Part shown: one piece after another, positions 46,776 through 56,651 of the stretch
How the letters are laid out: the number at the start of each line of letters is the position of its first letter
Position numbering within the stretch: the stretch's first letter is position 1
NCBI GenBank assembly: GCA_015520605.1
Contig: WAPT01000024.1
Coordinates: forward strand, 12,645 to 76,644
Direction: 5' to 3'
DNA length: 64,000 bases
DNA from: Nanobdellati archaeon
GTDB lineage: Archaea; EX4484-52; WAPT01
Notes under the pieces: generated by a model
Told to the model about the DNA's origin: nothing
The model's input: the letters and a program-made list of their open reading frames with translations, nothing else
Databases searched by the model: none
Translations under genes and position numbers: made by a program

Positions 46776-47669
46776 TTATCCAACTTTCAAATCCACCGCA
46801 ACCCGATAATGATACGGTGCAACGGCCCCGCATTTCCTGAAGAAAACGACTCTTGCATCTTTTCCCGCATTTCTGCAACGTTCTTCAACCCTTCTTATCA
46901 CATCCCTGCTCTCAATTTCCTCCTCGCTTGCAAATGTGTAAAGATGTGTCATACCTCCTTTTTTCACCTTTTCAAGCGCAAGCTCAAGGTAGTCTGGAGC
47001 GTCCTTCGGAGCGGGCATAACGATGCGGTCAAATTTTCCTTCAAGCCTCGGTACCACTTCAGCAACATCCCCTTCAATAACCCTCACCCTGTCCTCAACT
47101 TTGTTCAACACGACATTCTTTCTAAAGTATTCAACAGCATGTGGATTAAGCTCAACTCCGATTACTTCTCTTGGTTTGGCATTCTTGGATATCACTATGG
47201 CAAACGGCCCAACTCCGGCAAACATAACGAGAACCCTCTCACCATCCTTAACCATTTCCGCGATCCTTTTCCTCTCAAACCCCAGCCTTGAGGAAAAGTA
47301 GACTTTAGCCACATCGAGCAGAAACCTGCATCCGTGCTCCGTGTGCACAGTCTCGGTTATTTTTTTTGGCCGGAATTCCTTTTTTATGGTGGGAAAGTCT
47401 CTCTCTTCCGGCTTTGCCAAGATAACCTCAAATTCAGGTACCCTAAACTTGCCTGCAACATCCCCTGTTTTGTTGAGCACCACTTTAACATTCCTGTTGA
47501 GTTGCATTATTGCTTTTGCTATCAACTCGGCATGCTTTCTCGCGACTTCATCCAATTCTACTATTGCAATATCCCCGATTATCTCGAAGGCCCGTGGGAT
47601 GTGTTCAAGTTCATCCCTCCTTACATCCCCTTCCAGCAGTTTACGGATGTTCAGCTTATCTCCGCTCAT
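46776..47669 (-). CDS. trm5: tRNA (guanine37-N1)-methyltransferase Trm5 / Taw22 family.
   Basis: Class I SAM-methyltransferase motifs (VLVMFAGVGPF; ...DRIVM) and the Met-10+ like architecture. Confidence 0.8.
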   Translation of the reverse strand: MSGDKLNIRKLLEGDVRRDELEHIPRAFEIIGDIAIVELDEVARKHAELIAKAIMQLNRNVKVVLNKTGDVAGKFRVPEFEVILAKPEERDFPTIKKEFRPKKITETVHTEHGCRFLLDVAKVYFSSRLGFERKRIAEMVKDGERVLVMFAGVGPFAIVISKNAKPREVIGVELNPHAVEYFRKNVVLNKVEDRVRVIEGDVAEVVPRLEGKFDRIVMPAPKDAPDYLELALEKVKKGGMTHLYTFASEEEIESRDVIRRVEERCRNAGKDARVVFFRKCGAVAPYHYRVAVDLKVG

Positions 47670-47729
47670 ATTCCACCAGCTACTTCCTGTTTTCCCAACT
47701 TTTTAAATATCCTCCTTCAAAGCTTCTTT

Positions 47730-48482
47730 ATGCTCTGGCTTATTGGGTTGGGGGTTGGAGATGAAAGGGATATGAGTATAAAGGGGCTTGAAGCATGCAA
47801 AAGAGCGGATGTGATTTTTCTGGAGAGGTACACCTCTCCGGTAAAGATAAACGTCGGGAACCTAAGAAAGCTTGTGGGAAAGGACGTTATTGAGCTCAGC
47901 AGGGAGGATGTGGAGGAAAAAAACCTCGTGGTTAGGGAGGCGGAAAAGAGGAATGTGGCTTTTCTCGTTCCCGGAGACCCGCTCTTCGCAACAACCCACA
48001 AGGAAATCGTGAGAGAATGCATGCTAAGAAAAATAAGAGTAGAGGTAATCCATGCCTCTTCCATTCTAACAGCTGTCGGGGAGAGTGGTCTTTCTCTCTA
48101 CAAGTTCGGAAGGGTGGTAAGCCTCCCTTTCCCGCAGGAAAACTACTTTCCTCTGAGTCCTTATGACCACATCCTGACAAATTTAAAAGCGGGTCTGCAC
48201 ACACTTATCCTCCTCGATATTGGGATGGATGTACACACAGCCATTGATGTGCTGCTGAGAATGGAAGAGAAAAAGAAAGGAAGAATATTTACGCAGGATA
48301 CGAAGCTCGTGGTTCTGTCAAGACTCGGCAGCCCTAACAAATCCATACTTTATAGTTCGATTTCGAAACTAAAAAGTATTGATTTCGGAGAATCACCTCA
48401 CTCTCTTGTCATACCGGCTGAGCTAGAACATCATGAGAAAGAATTCCTTGAGCTCTTTGAGGTGGAAAATGAGCAGCGATAA
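47730..48482 (+). CDS. dph5: Diphthine synthase (Dph5). The track ORF is over-extended upstream to 47334.
   Basis: Tetrapyrrole-methylase fold MLWLIGLGVGDERD... Confidence 0.88.
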   Translation: MLWLIGLGVGDERDMSIKGLEACKRADVIFLERYTSPVKINVGNLRKLVGKDVIELSREDVEEKNLVVREAEKRNVAFLVPGDPLFATTHKEIVRECMLRKIRVEVIHASSILTAVGESGLSLYKFGRVVSLPFPQENYFPLSPYDHILTNLKAGLHTLILLDIGMDVHTAIDVLLRMEEKKKGRIFTQDTKLVVLSRLGSPNKSILYSSISKLKSIDFGESPHSLVIPAELEHHEKEFLELFEVENEQR

Positions 48483-48720
48483 CCTTAAAGACGAGCTGAT
48501 AAGAGAAACGGAAAAGTGGCTGGAAAGGCTGGAAAGCATAGAAATAGAACTCCTTAACAGCTCTCATAAGGACTTTGTTGAAAATATAAAAGCATACATT
48601 GAGGATGCACGTTATTTTCTGGAAAAGCGGGACTATATAAGGGCATTCGAAGCTGTTGTGTGGGCTTGGGCTTGGCTTGAGATCGGCGAGAGGGTTGGGT
48701 TGCTGAGAAGAAAGGTTTAA
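48469..48720 (+). CDS. Hypothetical small helical protein.
   Basis: In-frame ATG overlapping the dph5 stop; unknown function. Confidence 0.4.
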   Translation: MSSDNLKDELIRETEKWLERLESIEIELLNSSHKDFVENIKAYIEDARYFLEKRDYIRAFEAVVWAWAWLEIGERVGLLRRKV

Positions 48721-48843
48721 ACAATAATTCATGAAATCGTAAAAACACGAGTAGAAAACTTTTTAAATTTTCTTGTTTAATCACAAATTCGTACTAAAAC
48801 CAGAAATTCTCTGACTCATCGGGATCGGATACTTCCATACAGA

Positions 48844-48936
48844 TAGTGTGGCTTCTGACTTTTTCTTGTCCCCGCTATCCCGGCGACCCGCGGCAGAAAG
48901 GCAGAGATATACTTCATTAAACGTCCGCGGGGATGA
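48844..48936. repeat. Copy B of the ~93-bp GC-palindrome-flanked intergenic element.
   Basis: Core identical to copy A, with partial similarity in the upstream arm (tagtgt...tgtc.cgc). It lies 46 bp upstream of the start of gene 48982. Confidence 0.8.
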
Positions 48937-48981
48937 GGTCGTGCGGTTTTTGATGGGTGGTGTAAAGGAAAAACTGGGGAG

Positions 48982-49425
48982 GTGAGAAAATTGGAGAAGA
49001 AAAAGGAAGCCCCACTAGGAATAAAGATACTGGCAGCACTATACTTTATTTCCCTTGCATTCTATCTTTTCGGTTTAGCGGTTCTGATACCCAGGCTCGG
49101 CTTCCTCTTCAGCTACAACCCAATGGTGGCTCTGCTGATAGTGATAACCACCATCATAATGATTGCACTGGCGGGTATGTGGTACGGGCTCTTGAAGCTA
49201 AATCCAACAGCATGGAGAGTTGCGATGGTTTTGTATGGCGTTGGATTGATCATCAATCTCCTCTCTCTGAATGTAATTGCTGTGATAGTGGGGATCATAA
49301 TACTATGGTACCTTTATTCCAAGAAGGAACTCTATCTGGGTCCTTCTGAGGTGGCTGGTGGAACCCCGGCAGCTCTTCAGACCCAAGAAGAACAGGGTTC
49401 ACAGACTCCAGAAGAACAGGGGTAA
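48982..49425 (+). CDS. Small polytopic membrane protein with a Gln/Glu-rich C-terminal tail.
   Basis: 4 predicted TM helices, and a C-terminus reading ...TPAALQTQEEQGSQTPEEQG. Confidence 0.55.
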   Translation: MRKLEKKKEAPLGIKILAALYFISLAFYLFGLAVLIPRLGFLFSYNPMVALLIVITTIIMIALAGMWYGLLKLNPTAWRVAMVLYGVGLIINLLSLNVIAVIVGIIILWYLYSKKELYLGPSEVAGGTPAALQTQEEQGSQTPEEQG

Positions 49426-49546
49426 ACCACAAAGAACAACCCTTGACCCAACTTCAATTTTTTAATTTTTTTATTTTCAAAAATGGGAAAAATTTCCTAT
49501 ATTACTATTCCGGTGGAGTGTTGTCCCTCAAGAACAACCCACATTT

Positions 49547-50248
49547 TTATCTCCCGAACCTTCTCTCCCTCCCGAAAAAATCTTTCAGCGCTTTTCCAAA
49601 CTCATCCCTGCTGAACTCGGGCCAGAGAGCATCGCTGAAGTAAAGCTCGGAATATGCGGCCTGCCACAAAAGAAAGCCAGACAACCTTTTCTCACCGCCG
49701 GTCCTTATTATGAGGTCGGGATCCGGCATACCATTCGTATAGAGATATTTTTGGAAAAGTCCTTCATCTATGCTTCGTCTATCGATCTTCCCACCCTTCA
49801 AGTCATTCAGCAGTTTTTTGACACCATCAACTATTTCGGCTCGCCCTCCATAGGCTATCGCAAAATTGACAACATAATCATCGTAATCTTTCGTTGATTC
49901 CACAGCCCTTTTTATGGCATCTTTAACATTAGATGGAAGCAGGTGAATCCTGCCTATCACGTTTATTCTAACACGGTTTTCATGAATTTCCTTATCCCTT
50001 GGAATTGCGTCGAATTCCTTTTTGAATATCCTCATCAGCATTTCAAGCTCTCTTTTTGGCCTCTTTGTGAAATTTTCAAGCGATAAAGAATAGAGAGTCA
50101 CATATTTGACATCAAGATCTCTGCACCACCTAAGCACTTCCCTGACCTTTTTGGCACCCCACTCGTGTCCCTTCCACGGCTTCTGCATTAAACGTCTGGC
50201 AAATCTCCTGTTCCCGTCCATGACGAAGGCTATGTGCTGAATCTCCAT
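49547..50248 (-). CDS. uppS: Undecaprenyl/cis-prenyl diphosphate synthase (UppS family).
   Basis: Motifs HIAFVMDGNRRFA...; RTGGEKRLSGFLLWQ. Confidence 0.92.
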   Translation of the reverse strand: MEIQHIAFVMDGNRRFARRLMQKPWKGHEWGAKKVREVLRWCRDLDVKYVTLYSLSLENFTKRPKRELEMLMRIFKKEFDAIPRDKEIHENRVRINVIGRIHLLPSNVKDAIKRAVESTKDYDDYVVNFAIAYGGRAEIVDGVKKLLNDLKGGKIDRRSIDEGLFQKYLYTNGMPDPDLIIRTGGEKRLSGFLLWQAAYSELYFSDALWPEFSRDEFGKALKDFFGRERRFGR

Positions 50249-50286
50249 ACTTCCCTTTTAAAGAAGGAAAAATTTATATGTGGCGT

Positions 50287-51507
50287 TTATCTCAAGATGG
50301 TGGCGAGCTTTATCAGCTTCGGTCTCCTCAGAAGGATTTTGGCAAGCTTTCTCAGGTTCTTGCCTCCGGCAAAATCAATTATATCCTGAACTGTCAGCTC
50401 ATCAGCCAGGAAATTGAGGTCGTCATCGCTCATCCTTTCTATTACCTGCCTGAGTTTCTCAATCCTCCTGAGCTTTTCTCCCCTTTCCTTCCACCACAGC
50501 TCGTTAAACTTCGCTAAAGCATCATGACTGACATCCTCCCTATTCAGACACTCACAAATTACTTCAGCGGCTATCTCTCCGGCTCTCGTACCCTCATCCA
50601 TGCCTCCGCCGTGTATGGGATTTACTGTATGGGCAGCATCACCAATAACAACAAATCCGTCCCTCACCATGTCCTTGAGCAACCCTCCAACAGGTATGCC
50701 GCCGGCGTTCTCCTCTATTACGCTTGCATCAGCAAAAATCTCTGGATGGTTCTCTATCCATGAGTCAAGGTACTCCTTTGCTTTTCTCTTGACTCCAGCC
50801 CCTCCCCCTATTCCTATGCCCACGTTCGCAACATGGTCTCCCTTGGGGAATATCCAGATGTAGCCTCTTGGAGCAATCTCGTTGCCGAGATAGAAGTAAA
50901 GCTTGTTTGCGTCTTTCAGCTTTAAGTTAGCCATCTCGTACTGGTAGCCGCTATCCACATTGATAAGCTTATTTGTGTTGTCTATGCCGGCTTTTCTTGC
51001 CATTTTCCCCTCTATACCCTCGGCTGAAACGACCACCCTGGCCTTTACCTCAAAGACATCTTCCCCGTACTTGATAACAACACCGCTTATTGCTCCATTA
51101 TCCTTAAGCAGATCTACTACCTCTATCTTGGTGAATACCTTTGCTCCGGCTTTGGCGGCATCATAAGCTAAGAATTTATCGAAAACCTTCCTCTCAACCA
51201 CACAACCTTGGGGTGAACCGTAATCCATCACGAATTCCTTGCCGTTTGGAGCGTAAAGGTAAAAGCCATCAATGTACTGTGCAACAAACCTTTCATTACC
51301 GTTATAACCCATTCTCTGCAGAGCCTTGACACCTATGCCCTCCGCACATCTCTTGGGTGAGCCTATCTCAGCCCTCTTCTCAAACACCGCAACGCTGAGA
51401 CCTCTATCAGCTATCAGCTTAGCACACCTGCTCCCAGCTGGACCTGCACCTATGACAACAACATCGTAAGCGTTTTTTAAACCAACAGGCCTAGGGATTT
51501 CGATCAC
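50287..51507 (-). CDS. Geranylgeranyl reductase (digeranylgeranylglycerophospholipid reductase).
   Basis: FAD-binding motif VVVIGAGPAGS and GGR family features. Confidence 0.88.
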   Translation of the reverse strand: MIEIPRPVGLKNAYDVVVIGAGPAGSRCAKLIADRGLSVAVFEKRAEIGSPKRCAEGIGVKALQRMGYNGNERFVAQYIDGFYLYAPNGKEFVMDYGSPQGCVVERKVFDKFLAYDAAKAGAKVFTKIEVVDLLKDNGAISGVVIKYGEDVFEVKARVVVSAEGIEGKMARKAGIDNTNKLINVDSGYQYEMANLKLKDANKLYFYLGNEIAPRGYIWIFPKGDHVANVGIGIGGGAGVKRKAKEYLDSWIENHPEIFADASVIEENAGGIPVGGLLKDMVRDGFVVIGDAAHTVNPIHGGGMDEGTRAGEIAAEVICECLNREDVSHDALAKFNELWWKERGEKLRRIEKLRQVIERMSDDDLNFLADELTVQDIIDFAGGKNLRKLAKILLRRPKLIKLATILR

Positions 51508-51704
51508 CTCTCGACCTCGTTAGTGGGTTTATCCTCCAGCGTCATCGCCCCTACCGGACAGAAAATAACGCATGTTCCGCAACCATTACATTTGCTTTCA
51601 TTAATGATTATCTTCATATCCTCGAGAGATATGGCATCATGGGGACAAACTCCAACGCAGCCTCCACAACTTAAACAGATGGACGGGATATTTTTCACTA
51701 CCAT
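51504..51704 (-). CDS. 2x[4Fe-4S] ferredoxin, the likely electron donor for the adjacent GGR.
   Basis: Two CxxCxxCxxxCP motifs, with the stop overlapping the GGR start. Confidence 0.85.
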   Translation of the reverse strand: MVVKNIPSICLSCGGCVGVCPHDAISLEDMKIIINESKCNGCGTCVIFCPVGAMTLEDKPTNEVER

Positions 51705-52501
51705 TAGTGCTCCACCCTTTTGATCGATGGAGGGACGTCGATAAATACTAATTCCAAACCTTTAAATGTGTTTTTCAGCTTCCCTCCTAAGAACTGCAGT
51801 CCGTATATTTCTGTTTTGTAATGCGTCGCATAAAAAACGTTGACTCCCAGCTCCTCATGGTGAAAAGCATAACCGTGCTTGAACTCTCCACAAAGGAAGG
51901 AGTCAATATCAACAGCTCTTATCACATCTTCCAGCATGGACATGCTTGAGCCGGTGATTATGGCAAGCCTCTTTACATTCCTGCCCGCTTGCTGGAATTC
52001 AACACTCACCTTGAGCCTTTCCGCCAGAAGCCTTGCAAACTCTCCAGCATTCATCTCGCTTTCCAACTCAGTTATGAGCACATTTCCATAAGGCCTACCA
52101 TGCCTTTTTAACTCAACGAGCTCGAAGTTTTCAAAGCCCAGCGTTTTTGCAAGCGCCACATGATTTCCAACCTCCCTATGAAAATCAAGCGGGAGATGGG
52201 CAACGTAGAGAGAGATGTGATTTTCCATCAGCATCCTTACGAGCTTTCCTTTTACCCCAACAAGCCTTGCTTCATCATGCCTTGTGAAGATGCCGTGGTG
52301 GGTGATGAGCAGGCTTGCATTTCTTTCTGCTGCGCTTTCAACAACTTTCTTGTTGACATCACATGCGAGGCACACTGTCCTCACTTCATCTTTAGCTTCA
52401 CAAGCATCCACCACAAGCCCGTTCAGAACAACATCTCCGTAGTCATCATAGATGTTAAGATAGCGATCCAGAAAGTCCACCACTTCATAAAGCTTAGGCA
52501 T
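51704..52501 (-). CDS. Nif3-family dinuclear metal centre protein.
   Basis: NIF3/YbgI family motifs (HH...H...E). Confidence 0.75.
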   Translation of the reverse strand: MPKLYEVVDFLDRYLNIYDDYGDVVLNGLVVDACEAKDEVRTVCLACDVNKKVVESAAERNASLLITHHGIFTRHDEARLVGVKGKLVRMLMENHISLYVAHLPLDFHREVGNHVALAKTLGFENFELVELKRHGRPYGNVLITELESEMNAGEFARLLAERLKVSVEFQQAGRNVKRLAIITGSSMSMLEDVIRAVDIDSFLCGEFKHGYAFHHEELGVNVFYATHYKTEIYGLQFLGGKLKNTFKGLELVFIDVPPSIKRVEH

Positions 52502-52633
52502 AAGGAAAATTGAGACCTTAGACTTAAATATCATTTACCGGGATCTAAACGCTGCCCCATATAGCATGATCTGGTTTCACAAACAGACCCGAGGCTTCTA
52601 ATGTACCTCTGATTCGGGATCAACACATGCTGT

Positions 52634-53650
52634 TTAACTCATCAGCTCTTCAACCACAGCGGGCTTATTTTCCTTGAATTCCCTCGCGGTCATCACATCT
52701 TTGCCAAGCTTTTTTGCAAGCTTCCACATTTCGGCTGTATTCTCTCTGAATCTTGGCTCTCTTGGTAGATGGTGGTCCCAGATAAAAAGTTCAAAATCAA
52801 TCTTCTGAATCATCCTGCAAGCATTGTTTATCGCCCTCCTTAAATTCTCACTGCTGAGCAGGTAGCCAAGCATGTATGTGTTAGGGCCGTCCACCACAAG
52901 ATAGTTCGGTTTTTCCCTTATCATAACTTCGGCATATTTTTCGATTATAGGCCCGCAGAGATCTGAGCTGTAAAGGAGCTTTTTACTTCCCTCCTCCACC
53001 ACGACCATGAACACCCATCCAACGCGAGAGCACTCAACGCAATGAAAAATAGGTCCGATGGTTTTCAGTTTTGTCCTGCCGAATGAAAGCTCGAGATTGT
53101 CCGCAAACCTTATTTTAAGGTTATCAAAATCCGCTTCCTCGATCTTTCTGTAACTCTTCCACTTTTTCACCCTTGCCTGAAACCACTTCACATGCTCCTC
53201 ATCCATCTCGCTGAGCTTAACAACGTCCAGCACATCAGCTCGGTCAAACTCCTCACGTTTTTGATGGTTTCCGGACTTAATCTCTTGGTCTCCAAACCAT
53301 CTCCAGAGGTTTTCGAAAAATCTCAGGGCTCTGCCTCTCTGCGAGTCATTTATGTATTTGTTCGGGTCTTTGGTAAGGAGGAGCTTACCCTCATAGATGT
53401 GTATTCTGTCAGGGCTGTGATGATCGTAATGGTAATGTGTGACTACAACAACGTCAGCTCTCCTCGCGGCTTTTTCCACCTCGTGCCAGCCTTTCTCCAA
53501 CCAGAACAGCTTTTTGGGCAGGCTTGCCGGAAAGCTCCTGTGCATAGTTGCCACGCCCGGATCGATGAGTATAGATACATCTTTCGTTTCTACAAGAACA
53601 CACGAAGATTTTGCCCCGAAGGAATCGAACCAGACAAGTTCAAAGTCCAT
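52634..53650 (-). CDS. MBL-fold metallo-hydrolase.
   Basis: HYHYDH metallo-beta-lactamase motif. Confidence 0.75.
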   Translation of the reverse strand: MDFELVWFDSFGAKSSCVLVETKDVSILIDPGVATMHRSFPASLPKKLFWLEKGWHEVEKAARRADVVVVTHYHYDHHSPDRIHIYEGKLLLTKDPNKYINDSQRGRALRFFENLWRWFGDQEIKSGNHQKREEFDRADVLDVVKLSEMDEEHVKWFQARVKKWKSYRKIEEADFDNLKIRFADNLELSFGRTKLKTIGPIFHCVECSRVGWVFMVVVEEGSKKLLYSSDLCGPIIEKYAEVMIREKPNYLVVDGPNTYMLGYLLSSENLRRAINNACRMIQKIDFELFIWDHHLPREPRFRENTAEMWKLAKKLGKDVMTAREFKENKPAVVEELMS

Positions 53651-53794
53651 AAGTAGAAGTATCATAATGAAATTTTATATACATCTTTTCTTTGGGCAAA
53701 AATCATTGCAGCATTTTCCTTACAGTAGGTGTTGCTTTACTTGAGGGGGCTCTTGGTTGGTGATACGGGTGGTGAAAAGTGGTATATTGCGAGC

Positions 53795-54907
53795 TCAAGC
53801 ACAGAATTGGAAATTGATGCACAAAAAATAAAGCACACAACAGCAGATAATCGGAATTGTAAGGTTATCGTCAAGTAGCATATTAAGCTTGCTGTGCTCT
53901 CTGTGCGGGAGAGACTCCACCAAGCTTGCTATGATTCCGTTCAGGAAAGCCAGCATCCCCGGCAAAAATGGAAGTGAGCCGACAAATGAAAAGAAAAGGC
54001 ACGAGAGCATTCCCTCAAAACTCTTAGCTCTATTGTACGGAAGCCTCATTCTCCCCCATTTTCTACCCACAACAGTAGCCATCCCGTCTCCGAGAGATAA
54101 AGCGGCTATACCACTTGCAGCTATACTGCTCGGAAATAAATACGTAACGATGGTGGCACTCAAAAAGAAGAACACGACACCCCTTAGCGGGAAGCTCTTA
54201 ATGTCCTCACCTCTCTCAGCATTCTCGATGAGCTTCATAATATCCTTGGGTAGTGTTTGCCTTTTAATGAGCACCGAAGCAATCATAGAAGCTGCTGTGA
54301 TCACCGTCAGATACACCACCGCTTTGCTGGAGTATTTCCACACAACCAGCCCTATTATGTATCCCACCACTATGTGTATTCCCTTCCTCGCCTTCTCGCT
54401 CTCGATCCTCTCATTCCATATACTCCAGCAAATAAGAACAAGAGTTAAGGAGATGATCCATCCGGCGACTATATCAACAAGGTAGTGAAGGAGCAGCACC
54501 CATCTTGACATACTCACAAGCATAGCCCACAGAAAAAGCAAAATTTTCATGTTCCTTTTCATGGCTTTCCCCGCAAACATAACTAAAGTTAAAAAGATGA
54601 AAAGAGAGAGCGATGCGTGCGTTGAAGGGAATGATGAGCCTATGTGATAAGTTACGGCTTCCACCCCATACACCTCATACGGTCTTGGAACGGATGTAAG
54701 GTGCTTCACACCATAAACACACACAAGAAGGATAGCGAGCATACACAACATAAGAGAAAAAATTTCCCTTCTTTTCATGTAGAAGAAAACAATCCAGAAG
54801 ATGAACACAGGATATAATGAGTAGGAAAGGATGAGCGAGAGCTTTAGTAGAATGCCATTACTATGAAGAACAAGGGCAGCTTCCTTCTCGAAGGCAAAGT
54901 GAATCAT
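53795..54907 (-). CDS. Fusion of a PAP2 phosphatase domain with a dolichol-kinase/CTP-transferase-like domain.
   Basis: N-terminal half carries the PAP2 motifs VPRPY, SFPSTHAS and SRWVLLLHYLVDIVAG. The C-terminal half is a polytopic domain with GDGMATVVGRKWG, as in the DolK/CarS family. Confidence 0.7.
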   Translation of the reverse strand: MIHFAFEKEAALVLHSNGILLKLSLILSYSLYPVFIFWIVFFYMKRREIFSLMLCMLAILLVCVYGVKHLTSVPRPYEVYGVEAVTYHIGSSFPSTHASLSLFIFLTLVMFAGKAMKRNMKILLFLWAMLVSMSRWVLLLHYLVDIVAGWIISLTLVLICWSIWNERIESEKARKGIHIVVGYIIGLVVWKYSSKAVVYLTVITAASMIASVLIKRQTLPKDIMKLIENAERGEDIKSFPLRGVVFFFLSATIVTYLFPSSIAASGIAALSLGDGMATVVGRKWGRMRLPYNRAKSFEGMLSCLFFSFVGSLPFLPGMLAFLNGIIASLVESLPHREHSKLNMLLDDNLTIPIICCCVLYFLCINFQFCA

Positions 54908-54961
54908 GGTAAAAAGAAGTATAGCTAACCTTTATATTTTTGAAAAAGCAAATCTTGCATT

Positions 54962-55735
54962 ATGACAAAAATAATAGCCGTTATTTCCGGAAAGGGTGGC
55001 GTGGGTAAGACAACTTTAGTTTCAAATATGGCTGCTGCACTTTCCAAAGCGGGAAAGCATGTACTGATCATAGACGGAAACGTGAGCGGCCCGAACCTTA
55101 CAGCACACCTCGGTATTCCTGAAACACACCCCATAACTCTAAACGAGGTTATAAAGAATGAGGCTTACATACTCCATGCTATCTACCAGCATCCTCTTGG
55201 TTTCAAGGTCATTCCTGCCTCCATGGCGGAATTGCAGGCTGAGCTGGGTGGGCTTGAGAAGCACCTTGCAAGGCTTATAGGAGTGTATGATGTCATTCTT
55301 ATAGACTCAGCTCCGGGTGTAAACGATGAGGTCAGGGCAGCTATTGAAGCGAGTGATGAAGTCGTTGTCGTCACAACTCCTGAAGTGCCGGCTGTACAGA
55401 ATGCAAAGATGGCCGTAGACTTCGCGAGGACTCTGGGGAAAAGTATAGCCGGAGTCATAATCAACATGCAAAGGAATGAAAGACACGAACTTAAGCCGGA
55501 GGAAATAGAAAGAATGCTCGAAACGAGGGTGCTCGGCGTTGTAAAGGAACACAGTAAAGTGAGGGAAGCGATATCAAAAGCTATTCCTGTCTATGCTTTA
55601 GATCCCTACATAAGGCCATCAAGAGAAATAAGGCGAATAGCACATCTTCTGCTGGAGGAGTCTCCGCCCAAAGAAAGCCTGAGAGAAAGAATAATTTCAT
55701 TGCTTAAAGCTGAGATCCACATCAACATCAGGTAA
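54962..55735 (+). CDS. minD: MinD/ParA-family P-loop ATPase.
   Basis: Deviant Walker A motif SGKGGVGKTT. Confidence 0.85.
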   Translation: MTKIIAVISGKGGVGKTTLVSNMAAALSKAGKHVLIIDGNVSGPNLTAHLGIPETHPITLNEVIKNEAYILHAIYQHPLGFKVIPASMAELQAELGGLEKHLARLIGVYDVILIDSAPGVNDEVRAAIEASDEVVVVTTPEVPAVQNAKMAVDFARTLGKSIAGVIINMQRNERHELKPEEIERMLETRVLGVVKEHSKVREAISKAIPVYALDPYIRPSREIRRIAHLLLEESPPKESLRERIISLLKAEIHINIR

Positions 55736-55766
55736 CTTTGCTTAAGAGAGAAACTTTGAGCCGCGC

Positions 55767-56162
55767 TTAAATGAACTTTTTCTCAAGCTCGAGCAGTTTC
55801 TTCTTGAGTTCAACACCGTAGGAGTAACCACCAATGCCTCTAACGCCCACCACTCTATGACACGGTACAACTATCGGCAGCGGGTTTCTTGCACAGAGCA
55901 TACCGACTTTTCTTGGATGCATACCAAGCATTTTTCCGAGCTGCCCGTAGGTTATTGTGGAGCCATACTCTACCTTAAGAAGGGATTCAAGAAACAGTGC
56001 TAGTTCATCATCAATCTTTGAGTAGTCTAGCGTGACGTCAAATTCCTTCCTTTTACCCTGCAGGTACTCTTCAAGCTGTTTTTTCAGTTCTTCCTCGCTC
56101 TTAGGGCTAAGAAGAAAGGAGGTGTCAATAAAAACCTCATGTTCAAAGATTTTTACCTTCAT
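55767..56162 (-). CDS. ogt: Methylated-DNA-protein-cysteine methyltransferase-like (Ogt C-terminal domain).
   Basis: PCHRVV active-site motif. Confidence 0.8.
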   Translation of the reverse strand: MKVKIFEHEVFIDTSFLLSPKSEEELKKQLEEYLQGKRKEFDVTLDYSKIDDELALFLESLLKVEYGSTITYGQLGKMLGMHPRKVGMLCARNPLPIVVPCHRVVGVRGIGGYSYGVELKKKLLELEKKFI

Positions 56163-56563
56163 GCACCCGCCTGAGCAGGGGCCTTGATCAGAACAGCGTT
56201 CACAACTCCGTCCTGCCCTGGTCTGCTAGTAACTTTTGCAAGCGAGCCATTCTCGAGCTTTATTATCGCACCCTTCGTTATTATTTTCTCCCTCACAAAG
56301 TGTGGATTCGCTTTGTTCTCAACAACATCAACTATCTTCATTTTCGTTGCCTTACCACTTTCGGGGTCAACAACATTAGCATACTCTGCCTTCTTTAACC
56401 TGAACTTGTAGTTTCCACCCCTAACTCTTATGATCTCAAGCCTCGTACTTCCCACCTTTGTCAGAGCAGGAAGCCTACCAAGTTCGTACTTCTTGTGCTT
56501 TCTGTGGGGTTTGTACCTCCCTCCAGTGGGTTTTCTTTTTGAACGGCTGTGCCATATCGCCAT
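56159..56563 (-). CDS. rps8e: Ribosomal protein eS8. The track ORF is over-extended to 56614.
   Basis: N-terminus [29 protein letters not shown]. Confidence 0.9.
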   Translation of the reverse strand: MAIWHSRSKRKPTGGRYKPHRKHKKYELGRLPALTKVGSTRLEIIRVRGGNYKFRLKKAEYANVVDPESGKATKMKIVDVVENKANPHFVREKIITKGAIIKLENGSLAKVTSRPGQDGVVNAVLIKAPAQAGA

Positions 56564-56651
56564 AGGCACCACGCGAAAAAGAATGATAATGGTAATCTTT
56601 AAATAAGTTATCATGTATTTTATTGTGTAACCCTACGGAGTGGTGCTGAAT

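Noticed and set aside
47334-47729. 5' extension of the diphthine synthase ORF (track start 47334).
   Set aside because: The extension is antisense to the Trm5 gene (46776..47669). The conserved Dph5 N-terminus MLWLIGLGVGD starts at 47730.
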